This document shows, piece after piece, positions 36,991 through 45,016 of a stretch of DNA of 64,000 nt. The notes beneath the pieces were generated by a model. It did not search any database. It was not told the origin of the DNA and saw only the letters and a program-made list of their open reading frames with translations. Position 1 is the first letter of the stretch, and each line of letters begins with the position of its first letter. The position numbers and the translations under genes were made by a program. This stretch comes from an archaeon (GTDB lineage Archaea; Undinarchaeota; Undinarchaeia; Undinarchaeales; JBDRKL01). Location of the stretch: assembly GCA_043814055.1 (NCBI GenBank), contig JBDRKL010000009.1:13141-77140 (forward strand), written 5' to 3'.

Positions 36991-37530
36991 ATGAGCAATG
37001 ACATAACAATACGTCAAATTAGAATTCAGGATGAGATTCCGCTCTTGAATTCCTTGTATTGGGGAGAATATGAAAAGGGAACATTGGGTGGTGTTTTGCC
37101 TCCAATGTCTGAGAAAGAGATAGTTGACAATAAGTACTATTTTATTCAGAAAAAAGAGCAAATAATAGGAGCTTTTGCATTTCTATCATTCCCAGCTCTT
37201 CCAATACAGTTTACTGACCAGCCACATTTTATGAGACTCATACTAAAAGAGGAGTTCCGAGGGAAAAAAATATTTAGAAAAGTGCATGAGCTTGCATTAA
37301 TAGAAGCAAAAAAGCTTGGTTACACAGCAATATACACTAGAATAAATCCATCCAATAGCCAAATGTTGTGGGTAATACAAAAGTATGGATGGGAAAAAAT
37401 TGCAGATGATTCTGTAGATTCTTCACAACTTGACAAAAAGCAGATGTATAAACGTGTTTTGTCACTTATTTTAGAAAAATCTGGGAAAGAGCAAGTATAC
37501 GAGGATATAATTTTTAAGAAAGAATTATAA
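36991..37530 (+). CDS. GNAT-family N-acetyltransferase (putative)
   Basis: IIGAFAFLSF...LILKEEFRGKKIFRKVHELALIEAKKLGYTAIYTRINPSNSQMLWVIQKYGWEKI. AT-rich by eye. Confidence 0.6.
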   Translation: MSNDITIRQIRIQDEIPLLNSLYWGEYEKGTLGGVLPPMSEKEIVDNKYYFIQKKEQIIGAFAFLSFPALPIQFTDQPHFMRLILKEEFRGKKIFRKVHELALIEAKKLGYTAIYTRINPSNSQMLWVIQKYGWEKIADDSVDSSQLDKKQMYKRVLSLILEKSGKEQVYEDIIFKKEL

Positions 37531-37556
37531 GTATAGACAAATAGATATTACAATCT

Positions 37557-37704
37557 TGGGCCCGTGGTCTAGTGGCTATGACGTCTCCCTTACAACCCTT
37601 TTGCTTCGCAAAAGCGTTGACGGAAAAGAAACCGTCTTCGCGGCGATTGGAGCACGAGGGAAAGAACGGAGAAGTTCACAGGTTCGACTCCTGTTGGGCC
37701 CACC
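37557..37704 (+). tRNA. tRNA-Val (UAC) with a 72-nt intron at the canonical 37/38 site (37594..37665), CCA encoded
   Basis: GGGCCCGTGGTCTAGTGGCTATGACGTCTCCCTTACA[intron]CGGAGAAGTTCACAGGTTCGACTCCTGTTGGGCCCACCA. Confidence 0.8.
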
Positions 37705-37732
37705 AATCTTTATAGTGGCAAGAAACATAGCC

Positions 37733-37790
37733 ACTTCGCGACTTGATGGCGCGAATGTGGCTAGACCTACGTCCGCGGTCAGGCGGACGT
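37733..37790 (+). repeat. Degenerate PE-1-like two-hairpin unit (copy F) downstream of tRNA-Val
   Basis: cttcgcg-acttgatgg-cgcgaatg ... acgtccgc-ggtcag-gcggacgt. The second hairpin parallels ctccgc-gagcag-gcggag of copy A. Confidence 0.45.
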
Positions 37791-37813
37791 TTGAGTCCTG
37801 TTGGACCCACTAA
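37789..37813 (+). pseudogene. Orphan copy of the tRNA-Val(UAC) 3' end (T-arm 3' half plus acceptor)
   Basis: cgtttgagtcctgttggacccacta against ggttcgactcctgttgggcccacca gives 20/25 identical. No matching 5' half is present. Confidence 0.55.
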
Positions 37814-37820
37814 TACTCAA

Positions 37821-38141
37821 ATGACAAGAATACAGCACGAAGTAATCGGAGGGCAGGACTATCTCAAGATAGGCGATGATTATGCACTTGTGGTATTTGA
37901 CCATAAAGACCCACAAAGGATACTCGCTGAGCTGAGGACGCTACACGTTTTTGATGAGGGGCAGGGACACGGCAGAGCGCTCGTGGAAGCTGCAGTTGAA
38001 TTTGCAGAAGGTAAACACGCGAAAGTTATATGGGGAACAATTGCGGCAATGCCTCAAAACCACCACGCCAAAGTAATTCGCATACTCACAGGATTAGGAT
38101 TTAAAGTTGAGCCGGGTGGCGACTTCTCAAAGAATCTTTAG
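37821..38141 (+). CDS. Small GNAT-like protein (start at MTRIQHEV)
   Basis: LHVFDEGQGHGRALVEAAVEFAEGKHAKVIWG resembles a GNAT acetyl-CoA-binding motif. The track's longer N-terminus would read through the tRNA-like fragment. Confidence 0.45.
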   Translation: MTRIQHEVIGGQDYLKIGDDYALVVFDHKDPQRILAELRTLHVFDEGQGHGRALVEAAVEFAEGKHAKVIWGTIAAMPQNHHAKVIRILTGLGFKVEPGGDFSKNL

Positions 38142-38150
38142 ACTACCAAT

Positions 38151-38163
38151 CTTTTTATATAAT
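38151..38163 (+). promoter_or_regulatory. TATA-like box ctttttatataat (near-duplicate of the SRP RNA promoter)
   Basis: It differs from the box at 38320..38332 by one extra T and is followed by an 11-bp-stem hairpin at 38168..38218. Confidence 0.35.
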
Positions 38164-38319
38164 CATTAGAGCATAGAATACTCGGCACGGGCTCGTCCGC
38201 AACCTTTTTCTATGCTCTGTTGAAGTGATTACTCTGGTTAAAAAAGCTTGACCAAAAACACAGTCCCGCGCCAAGAGCTTGATGCAGCGGGACTACCAGG
38301 CAAATTGAGCGCCACCATA

Positions 38320-38332
38320 CTTTTATATAATT
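38320..38332 (+). promoter_or_regulatory. TATA box of the SRP RNA gene
   Basis: cttttatataatt lies about 25 nt upstream of the predicted SRP RNA 5' end. Confidence 0.5.
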
Positions 38333-38348
38333 GGGAACAGAAGAATTA

Positions 38349-38627
38349 CCCGGTACAGGCTAGGCCGGGAGAGTAGCAGTCTCCCTTTCTCAAATCTGCT
38401 TTAGGAGGGCTGAATGCCGGTGTGAGTTGCAGTATTGGGGGAGTCGTCTTGGGCTCTGGCGTCGAAGCCTCGTCCTGCGGGACTGACTGCCCTGCTAACC
38501 GGGTCAGATGGGGAACCAAGCAGCCCTACACAGGGCGCGTTGGTGCTCGCGGGTTCGCGGGGTGGAGCCTCTGCTCAAGGTCAGCGGCTTTCTTAGTATT
38601 GCAGCGAGCTCCGGATGCCTGTGCCAC
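38349..38627 (+). ncRNA. Signal recognition particle RNA (archaeal 7S)
   Basis: The 5' GGTACAGGCTAGGCCGGG pairs with the 3' CCGGATGCCTGTGCC. The internal CCGGGTCAGATGGGGAACCAAGCAGCC resembles the conserved helix-8 SRP54-binding motif. An oligo-T run (38632..38636) follows. The ends are approximate, about +/-5 nt. Confidence 0.75.
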
Positions 38628-38741
38628 AAACTTTTTATTGATTATATTTGTGAAAAAAGCTTGACCAAAAAACTCGCTTCAGCACACAGCGCTTACGCGC
38701 CGTGTGTCTCTACATGCTTCGCATGTAGACCGCTCGGCAGT

Positions 38742-39641
38742 TTAAATTTCTTCCAAAGTCGCACAATACTTGCAAATTTTAGCAGGAGTTCTTTCTCCGC
38801 ACTCTGGGCAGTTGTTCAATTTGGGATTGTCAAACTTGCCCTCAAGCAATGGCATAAGATTGTTAACGCCCTTGAGAATCTGGAACTTTGTACCAGGGTG
38901 CGCTGCCTCTAATTCATTGAGCTTGTTCCTGATTGAGCAGCGCAGGGACTGCTGGACATATGGGCACTCGTCGTTGTGGAATGGAAAACCCTGCACGATT
39001 GTGTACAACCCAATTTCCTTTTCAGGCACTTCGCGTAGCGGCTTCACGCGCGGCACATAGCCCTTTTGAGTTGGAGTTTTTGCACCAATGCGGGACATTC
39101 TTGCGAAGTCCCCGCGGAAATAATTCATCACTGTGCTCTGCACTTCATCGTCCAAATTGTGCCCTGTTGCGACAACATCAGCTTTTAATTCTTTCGCCGC
39201 GTTGTTCATGATTCGCCTGCGGATTACGCCGCAGTAGGTGCACGGAATTTTGTCGCCCTTCTTCGCAATCTGATCCATTGTCTTCCCGACTTCGTCCTTG
39301 AAATTGTAAATCACTGCAGGCACGTCAAGCTCTTCAAAATTCTTAATCGCGATTTTGACACTTTCGTCACGGTAGCCCTTGATGCCCTCGTCAACCACAA
39401 TGCCTGTGAGCCTGAGTGGCATTTGCTTTGCGAACTTGTGCATAAACCTGAGCAGTGTGACTGAGTCCTTGCCGCCGGAGATGCCCATCACAACGTGGTC
39501 GTTGCGTTTGAAAAGTTTGTTCTTGCTGATGTTCTTTCTGATTCTGTCATCGGTCAATTTGATAAAATGGTCTGTGCAGAGCTTGCGATTCATATAGCGC
39601 AGGTAGGCCACGGCTTTCTTGGAACAGCGGTCGCATTTCAT
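38742..39641 (-). CDS. ttuA: tRNA 2-thiolation enzyme, TtuA/NcsA family (start at MKCDRC)
   Basis: N-terminal CxxC...CxxH, PP-loop GISGGKDS, central PCTYCG, C-terminal CPECG...CKYC. Collinear with archaeal TtuA as I recall it. Confidence 0.8.
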   Translation of the reverse strand: MKCDRCSKKAVAYLRYMNRKLCTDHFIKLTDDRIRKNISKNKLFKRNDHVVMGISGGKDSVTLLRFMHKFAKQMPLRLTGIVVDEGIKGYRDESVKIAIKNFEELDVPAVIYNFKDEVGKTMDQIAKKGDKIPCTYCGVIRRRIMNNAAKELKADVVATGHNLDDEVQSTVMNYFRGDFARMSRIGAKTPTQKGYVPRVKPLREVPEKEIGLYTIVQGFPFHNDECPYVQQSLRCSIRNKLNELEAAHPGTKFQILKGVNNLMPLLEGKFDNPKLNNCPECGERTPAKICKYCATLEEI

Positions 39642-39701
39642 CTCGAAGCACCTCCGCTTTGAGATGAGCCCGGTCTCAAATTGCAAGGTCTGGGCCTCAT
39701 T

Positions 39702-39902
39702 CTATCCCCCGCTCACCACTCGAATCAACTCAACCTCGTCGCCTGATTTGAGCTTTTCAATTTCAATCGCTACTTCGCTGTTGCGCTTTACAACATAGGA
39801 CTCCGAGCACTCGCCGAGCTCGTTGAATAAGTCAAGAATTGTAGAGTTTGGCTTGAGCTCAACGGTCTTGGATTTGCCAGGGAGTTTGACGCGGATTTTC
39901 AT
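39702..39902 (-). CDS. Ubiquitin-like sulfur carrier (ThiS/MoaD/TtuB/SAMP family) ending in Gly-Gly
   Basis: 66 aa, beta-grasp-like pattern, C-terminus ...IRVVSGG immediately before the stop. Confidence 0.75.
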   Translation of the reverse strand: MKIRVKLPGKSKTVELKPNSTILDLFNELGECSESYVVKRNSEVAIEIEKLKSGDEVELIRVVSGG

Positions 39903-40582
39903 TTTGGCTTGCTGTTGAGACTAACAAATTTTGTAGCATACTGCTCTAATTGTGCCTCTGTAAGCCGATTAAACATGCGGTTATGATAACGACACAGTAT
40001 ATCGCGATTAACTCCATAAATCTCGCTCAGCGTAATCTCCCCATCAAACCTCTTATAGGATCCTGCCTTTTTTAGGATGTCCTCCTCTGATACAAGACCA
40101 TTCTTGCTCTTGCCAACAAGCTCCAGCCCAAGCTTGACAAAAAATAGGAGGGTCGCCCGTGTCCGTGCTATCACAGTCATAGTCAACAGCACCCTGTACA
40201 GTTTTCGTATGCCCTGTTTGTCAATTGTGTCCAGCCTGTACATTTCAAATATTTCCTGCAGTTCAGGGGCAATTATTGTGTAATTGATGATTGCCTCGTA
40301 GAGGCCTGACTCTACGTTGACCTCGTTGAAATTCACCTTTTTAAGGCGCGGAGCAACGTGATTAACAAAGAGCTCCATCTGGAAGAATATGAACTTCAAT
40401 TGGTCAGAGGTGGGCTTAAAATTTTCCATTTTAATTAGGTCAGCCCCCTGGGCTAGATAAGCGTAAGAGAAACCACGCACAGGTGCTACCTGTGCATCAT
40501 CGGATGTATCGCCTTTTGGCGCAGCACTGACATCTAATTCCTTCTTCAATTGCTCAAGTGCAGCTTGGTTATACACACCCAT
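39899..40582 (-). CDS. Hypothetical, predicted all-helical protein, translationally coupled to both neighbours
   Basis: 227 aa with no recognisable family. It has a 4-bp overlap with the Ubl start and a 14-bp overlap with the trm56 end. Confidence 0.5.
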   Translation of the reverse strand: MGVYNQAALEQLKKELDVSAAPKGDTSDDAQVAPVRGFSYAYLAQGADLIKMENFKPTSDQLKFIFFQMELFVNHVAPRLKKVNFNEVNVESGLYEAIINYTIIAPELQEIFEMYRLDTIDKQGIRKLYRVLLTMTVIARTRATLLFFVKLGLELVGKSKNGLVSEEDILKKAGSYKRFDGEITLSEIYGVNRDILCRYHNRMFNRLTEAQLEQYATKFVSLNSKPK

Positions 40583-41078
40583 TTTTCTTCACCTCTTTTC
40601 CGTTTTCCTTGGGACTTATATGCTGTTTCGCGTTCTTAAACTTTGGCTTGGTTGAGATGTTTTCAAGCAGAACAGCGAGCGCGGCAATCTCTGAGTGCGG
40701 CTGGTTCGTAACTCCGATGTTGTAATCAGCAATTTGGTAAACATCCGCGGGAACTTTCTGCCCGCCGACTATGATGAGCTTGTCTTTTGCGCTGAGCTTC
40801 CTGATCGTTTCTTCATACGGCAGACCATACATTGTCAGGTGGATTGTCTCGCCTTTGAAGTTCTTGATAAAGCTTGCGTAACCCTTGATGTGTTCAATTG
40901 TGAAAGGTCCGCCCCAGGACTCTACAATCTTCCGAACGCTCAGCTCAAGCTCAGAGTCCTTGTCTCCGGTGTAGTAAATCTTCTCAGCGCCGAAAGCTCG
41001 ACCTACCAGAGCGCAGTGCGTTGAAACTCGCTTGTCGCGGGCTGTGCGGTGGCCTAAACGCAGTATTGAGATTGCCAT
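40569..41078 (-). CDS. trm56: tRNA (cytidine56-2'-O)-methyltransferase aTrm56 (SPOUT); start at MAISILRLGHR
   Basis: ILRLGHRTARDKRVSTHCALVGRAFGA...WGGPF...HLTMYG...IIVGGQKVPADVYQIADYNIGVTNQPHSEIAALAVLL. Confidence 0.8.
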   Translation of the reverse strand: MAISILRLGHRTARDKRVSTHCALVGRAFGAEKIYYTGDKDSELELSVRKIVESWGGPFTIEHIKGYASFIKNFKGETIHLTMYGLPYEETIRKLSAKDKLIIVGGQKVPADVYQIADYNIGVTNQPHSEIAALAVLLENISTKPKFKNAKQHISPKENGKEVKKNGCV

Positions 41079-41111
41079 GATAACACATATAAAAGAGGGC
41101 GCACACATATA

Positions 41112-41537
41112 ATGATTGCTATGAAAAACAGCCACTTTGAACTTACGTTTATACCAAATAATAACTCAGCAATGGAATTGCTCGAGGTCAGCCTGAACGC
41201 GAACAACCTCAAGAAAGTAAAGGAAGGAACAGGCAAAAAGGACTCAATTTTTGAGGGCTTTGACTTTAAGAGGTATGAGGGCAAGGGGTTCAGCATACAC
41301 CTGCTCTCCAGCAAAACTCGCAACGGGATAATGTTCAAGAGCGCGAGCGAAAAAGCAAAGGAAACCGGGCTTGAGGTTTACACCGAGCTCGTGAACTCAA
41401 TCCGCGCGGAAATCGGAGCTGTGCCGTGGAACGAAATGGTCCGGATAGGTCCGAGCAACGTGGCGAGCGGGTTCAAGACCATGGGCGGCAAGGCTGCGCA
41501 ACAACTGCCGGGTGGCTGGGCAACTGACTCGTTCTAA
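41112..41537 (+). CDS. Hypothetical protein
   Basis: ORF with coding-like composition. No family recognised and the start is uncertain. Confidence 0.35.
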   Translation: MIAMKNSHFELTFIPNNNSAMELLEVSLNANNLKKVKEGTGKKDSIFEGFDFKRYEGKGFSIHLLSSKTRNGIMFKSASEKAKETGLEVYTELVNSIRAEIGAVPWNEMVRIGPSNVASGFKTMGGKAAQQLPGGWATDSF

Positions 41538-41603
41538 AGCCTGACCATCCCCGCAAAGTTTTAAAAGTTAAATTAGCTTAGCTTATAGCATAATCATAAA
41601 TTT

Positions 41604-41704
41604 AGCCCCGTAGTGTAGCGGCCAAGCACTCCGGCCTTTGACCTGTGTTTGATAAAAACTCAGGAAGACAGCCGGTAACGGCAGTTCGAATCTGCCCGGG
41701 GCTA
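41604..41704 (+). tRNA. tRNA-Gln (UUG) with a 28-nt intron at 37/38 (41642..41669)
   Basis: AGCCCCGTAGTGTAGCGGCCAAGCACTCCGGCCTTTGA[intron]AGCCGGTAACGGCAGTTCGAATCTGCCCGGGGCTA. Confidence 0.8.
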
Positions 41705-41705
41705 C

Positions 41706-43064
41706 TCAAAATTTAGTGGTTAGTATTTTTTGCTTTTTTGCATAGAGAGTGATAAGAAAGTTTAATTTTTGTTTCCATTTATGTGATTTAAAATCAGCAG
41801 GGTATATTTCTATAAGTTTGCTTTGAAACCCTAGTTTTTGATACAGAGGTAACTTAACCTCAATAGTTTTGATGTCATAAAATTCCTTTCCAGCAAGCCC
41901 CCAAATTTCAACCCAGTGCTGTCCTATTTTAAAATCCGTACGAGATTTTGGGTCTGTTTTAGATTTGGATATTCTCACCCCAACTTGATGGGAAATGCCA
42001 TTATAAAATAGCCAATTGTCAACAACACGCTCATAAGTAGAATTAACCATATGGCCATCTTTACATACTAATTTCTCTGTGTAACCGAATAGAGAGGCTC
42101 GTATAGGGATATTATATTCTTTTAGCCACCTTATTACAGAAGTAGAAGCAACTCCACAGGATAATGCAATCTCATAAGAAGATAGTTTATCATTTAAATA
42201 CCATCCAATAAGCTCAGTTCTAGTAGGCTTATATGAATTAAATAATCGGGTCTCACTAGAGGTTCTTGATTCAACCCTATATCTTTTTAATAAGTTTGAA
42301 ATGGACACATCACTAATGTTGTACATATTTGCTATCTGGCATATAGAGAATCCCTTTTTAACATATAGGTCTTGCAATTCTTGTTTAATGGGGAACTTTG
42401 CGTCTTTTTTGAGATTTCGGGAACCCCCTTTTCGGATAGGTATACCATATTTTTTTAACCATCTAGCAACACTGCCCTTGGTAACTCTGCAGATTTTTGC
42501 AATTTTAATAGTTGATTGATGTTCATCTAGATACCACTGTTCTAATTCTTTTTTTGAAGGCACATACGATTTAAAAAGACGAGTTTCAATACCTTTTCTT
42601 GCTGTTATCCCATATTTTTTCAGATAATCGGCAATCGTAGATGGATCGATATTACATAGTTTTCCTATCTTCAAAACAGATAAACCTTGAACTAAATACC
42701 AATCTTGAAGTTCTTCTTGAGTAGGCATATGAGCATTTGATTTAAGATTTGCTTCAGAAGCAGAACGGATAGAGACTTTGTATTTTTTTAATAGGCGTCC
42801 AATAACTGAACGGGATACACCATATTTTTTTGCTATTATTAGAGGATGTACTCTTTGTGTCAGATACATTGCCTCTAATTCACTTTTGGACGGAAGAACA
42901 ACCCCTTCGTTTAAACGTGCCTCAGAGGGCGTCCTTACTAAATTTCTTTTTTTTAGAAATTGCCAAACAAAACCCTGAGAAACATTTAAGATTTTTGCAA
43001 TCTCGTGTGTTGTTTTTCTTTTAGTTATATATAAGTCGATAATTTGTTTCTCATCAATTTCCAT
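41706..43064 (-). CDS. Six tandem HTH modules plus a C-terminal PD-(D/E)xK-like nuclease domain (homing-endonuclease-like)
   Basis: Six repeats of about 57 aa of the form P-x-x-x-EL-x-x-WY...S...IA..[YC].V[ST]...[IV]..[WL]LKKY.I..R. The C-terminus STYERVVDNWLFYNGISH...RTDFKIGQHWVEIWG resembles the Vsr/DUF559-type D...E-x-K core. Strongly AT-rich by eye. Its stop lies 2 nt from the tRNA-Gln 3' end. Confidence 0.6.
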   Translation of the reverse strand: MEIDEKQIIDLYITKRKTTHEIAKILNVSQGFVWQFLKKRNLVRTPSEARLNEGVVLPSKSELEAMYLTQRVHPLIIAKKYGVSRSVIGRLLKKYKVSIRSASEANLKSNAHMPTQEELQDWYLVQGLSVLKIGKLCNIDPSTIADYLKKYGITARKGIETRLFKSYVPSKKELEQWYLDEHQSTIKIAKICRVTKGSVARWLKKYGIPIRKGGSRNLKKDAKFPIKQELQDLYVKKGFSICQIANMYNISDVSISNLLKRYRVESRTSSETRLFNSYKPTRTELIGWYLNDKLSSYEIALSCGVASTSVIRWLKEYNIPIRASLFGYTEKLVCKDGHMVNSTYERVVDNWLFYNGISHQVGVRISKSKTDPKSRTDFKIGQHWVEIWGLAGKEFYDIKTIEVKLPLYQKLGFQSKLIEIYPADFKSHKWKQKLNFLITLYAKKQKILTTKF

Positions 43065-43095
43065 ACTAAATACTCCACTTAGTTTTCAAACCTTA

Positions 43096-43707
43096 TTAAT
43101 CCAATTCAACCCCAAACCCTTTCAAATCCTCTTTGAGCTTTTCTGAATTTTCAAACAAAACCGCATTCATACCCAAAGATTTCGCAATATCAACAAACGC
43201 CTGAATATCGTCAATAAACAAAACCTCTTCTGGTTTAAGATTCAACTTGTCCAGCGCGAATTTGAAAAACTCAGGGTTGTCCTTGGTCATCTTCGCGTCA
43301 ACTGATGCAATGATTCCCTCTAGAAAATCAAACCAGCCCTGCTGAACCACGATGTCTTTGTGCTTCTGTATCGCGTTTGTGAGCGCGACAATTTTGTAAT
43401 TCTTTTTGAGCTCAAGCGCGATTTCTTTAACCGACTCGTTCACCTTGACCATTTCAGCATAGTTCCAAACGAAGATTGCCTTGAGCAAGTCCAAATTCAC
43501 GTCCTTGCCCATGCGCTCGTTGAGCTTTTTCAAGAACTCTGTGCCGCTCATCTCGCCCCTGCACGCAGGGAGCGATTCCATGTTTATTATTTTCCAGAAC
43601 TCAGGCTTGCCCTCTCCCTTTACCCCGTAGAACTCCGCGGCTTTTTCAAGAATCGGGCGCATGTCAAGCAATACACCGCCGATATCAAACATAATTGTAG
43701 TAATCAT
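43096..43707 (-). CDS. HAD-superfamily hydrolase
   Basis: MFDIGGVL (motif I DxG), LTNA, and FIDD near the C-terminus. Confidence 0.75.
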   Translation of the reverse strand: MITTIMFDIGGVLLDMRPILEKAAEFYGVKGEGKPEFWKIINMESLPACRGEMSGTEFLKKLNERMGKDVNLDLLKAIFVWNYAEMVKVNESVKEIALELKKNYKIVALTNAIQKHKDIVVQQGWFDFLEGIIASVDAKMTKDNPEFFKFALDKLNLKPEEVLFIDDIQAFVDIAKSLGMNAVLFENSEKLKEDLKGFGVELD

Positions 43708-44879
43708 TTAAACCCCAGGAGAATGTCCCGCGCGGTCTTTCCAACCTTTTTCAAATTTTCCTCCTTGCAGTAAACTCCAACATTCCAGTAGGCCCATTGC
43801 TCGTCCTTGAGCGACTTGAGCAGGAGCGACACATCCGTGAGCTTTACAGGCTTGCCCTTCTGCATTATGGTTGCCTCAGCCTCTTTTGGGTAGAGTGGCG
43901 GCGGAATGTCCAGGAGAACTTCGCCATCAGCCAACCCGCAGGTGTCTGTGAGCTCAATCTCAAGCGCGCGGAGCTTTTTTGACGTCAGGCTGATGAGCTT
44001 TTTGGGCGGTATTCCAAAATCAGAAATCTCCAGCACTGCGGCGCGCTTGTAGAGCCGCCTTGATTCTATTCGCTCTATCATTTCGTTGTCAAGCGACCTG
44101 AGCTTTGCGATTATACCAATGTCGTCCATTGCATAGAGCTCATCAACTGTGAATAAATTCTCGCGCAGGCAGGAAAGCACTGCGCTCGTGAACATTGAGT
44201 TTATTATACGCACTGTGTGATGCTCGTAGACATTCGGGTACATCAAGTACCTGCCCTGCACAAGCGACTCAGCTGCGGAGAGTCCGCCCTCTGCAAGCAC
44301 TAGCTTGCGGTTGTAGAGCTTCAAGACGCTGAGCAGGCGGTCAATGTCAATCATCCCGTACGCAGCGCCTGTGTAATATGAATCGCGAACAAGATAGTCC
44401 ATCCGGTCTATGTCAATCTCACCAGAAAGGATTTCGCCGAGCTGGGTTTCTCCAGATACAATTTTTGCAATCTCGTCCGGCTTGAAACCGAGCTTTTTTA
44501 TTAAATCCGCGAGCCTGCTCTTTTTTATCAGGTTAATGGTTTTCCCCTCGTGCTTGCCCTCGTCTCCGATATGCGCCTTTATGACATCCTCTGAAGTATG
44601 CGAAAGCGGGCCGTGGCCAACGTCGTGCAGGAGAGCGGCGAGCTTTATTTTCTCAGCAGCGTCCGTTTCAAGCTCAATGTTTTCCGCGAGCCTGCCCGCA
44701 AGATAGAAAGTTCCAAGAGAATGCTCAAAGCGGGTGTGCGTCGCTGTTGGGTAAACAAGGTATGTGAACCCGAGCTGCTTGATGTTCCGAAGGCGCTGCA
44801 TCTGAGGCGAGTCCAGCATTTCAATCTCACCATCTGAGACTTTTATGTTGCCATGCACTGCGTCGCGTATCGTTTTCAT
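43704..44879 (-). CDS. HD-domain phosphohydrolase (COG1078-like; the dNTPase relationship is inferred)
   Basis: RFEHSLGTFYLAGRLA...AALLHDVGHGPLSH...DRMDYLVRDSYYTG. Confidence 0.8.
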   Translation of the reverse strand: MKTIRDAVHGNIKVSDGEIEMLDSPQMQRLRNIKQLGFTYLVYPTATHTRFEHSLGTFYLAGRLAENIELETDAAEKIKLAALLHDVGHGPLSHTSEDVIKAHIGDEGKHEGKTINLIKKSRLADLIKKLGFKPDEIAKIVSGETQLGEILSGEIDIDRMDYLVRDSYYTGAAYGMIDIDRLLSVLKLYNRKLVLAEGGLSAAESLVQGRYLMYPNVYEHHTVRIINSMFTSAVLSCLRENLFTVDELYAMDDIGIIAKLRSLDNEMIERIESRRLYKRAAVLEISDFGIPPKKLISLTSKKLRALEIELTDTCGLADGEVLLDIPPPLYPKEAEATIMQKGKPVKLTDVSLLLKSLKDEQWAYWNVGVYCKEENLKKVGKTARDILLGFK

Positions 44880-45016
44880 GGTAAAAAGTAGTGTATTTGC
44901 TTATTTATACCCTCCTAGAAAAACAAAAAGCTTAAAAACAATCAAGTATAGACATACTGCGTTAGGACACTTTTTCTCAAAGTTAGTCCACTGAGCGGGA
45001 GAATAATCAAATGGCA

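Noticed and set aside
36787-37161. A 124-aa minus-strand ORF and a 63-aa plus-strand ORF over the tRNA-Ser region.
   Set aside because: They cover the tRNA-Ser gene and the hairpin-rich upstream spacer, and one runs antisense into the GNAT gene. No coding signal is apparent.
37556-37813. An 85-aa track ORF, and the long N-terminus of 37743..38141.
   Set aside because: They read straight through tRNA-Val(UAC), its intron and the tRNA-like fragment. The real CDS most plausibly starts at 37821.
37705-37813. A second functional tRNA downstream of tRNA-Val(UAC).
   Set aside because: Only the 3' T-arm and acceptor half is recognisable. The would-be 5' T-stem (GGACG) cannot pair with CCTGT, and no complementary 5' acceptor strand is present.
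38422-38912. Track ORFs of 80 and 134 aa.
   Set aside because: They lie on the SRP RNA gene and its structured 3' flank, and the longer one runs antisense into the 3' end of ttuA. Their Arg/Cys/Gly-rich translations are typical of GC-rich structured RNA.
43704-44879. The HD-domain protein plus HAD hydrolase considered as a dNTP-depletion defence module.
   Set aside because: This HD family (COG1078-like) is a widespread archaeal housekeeping gene. Its composition is host-like and no sensor or effector partners are nearby, so there is no sequence evidence for a defence role.
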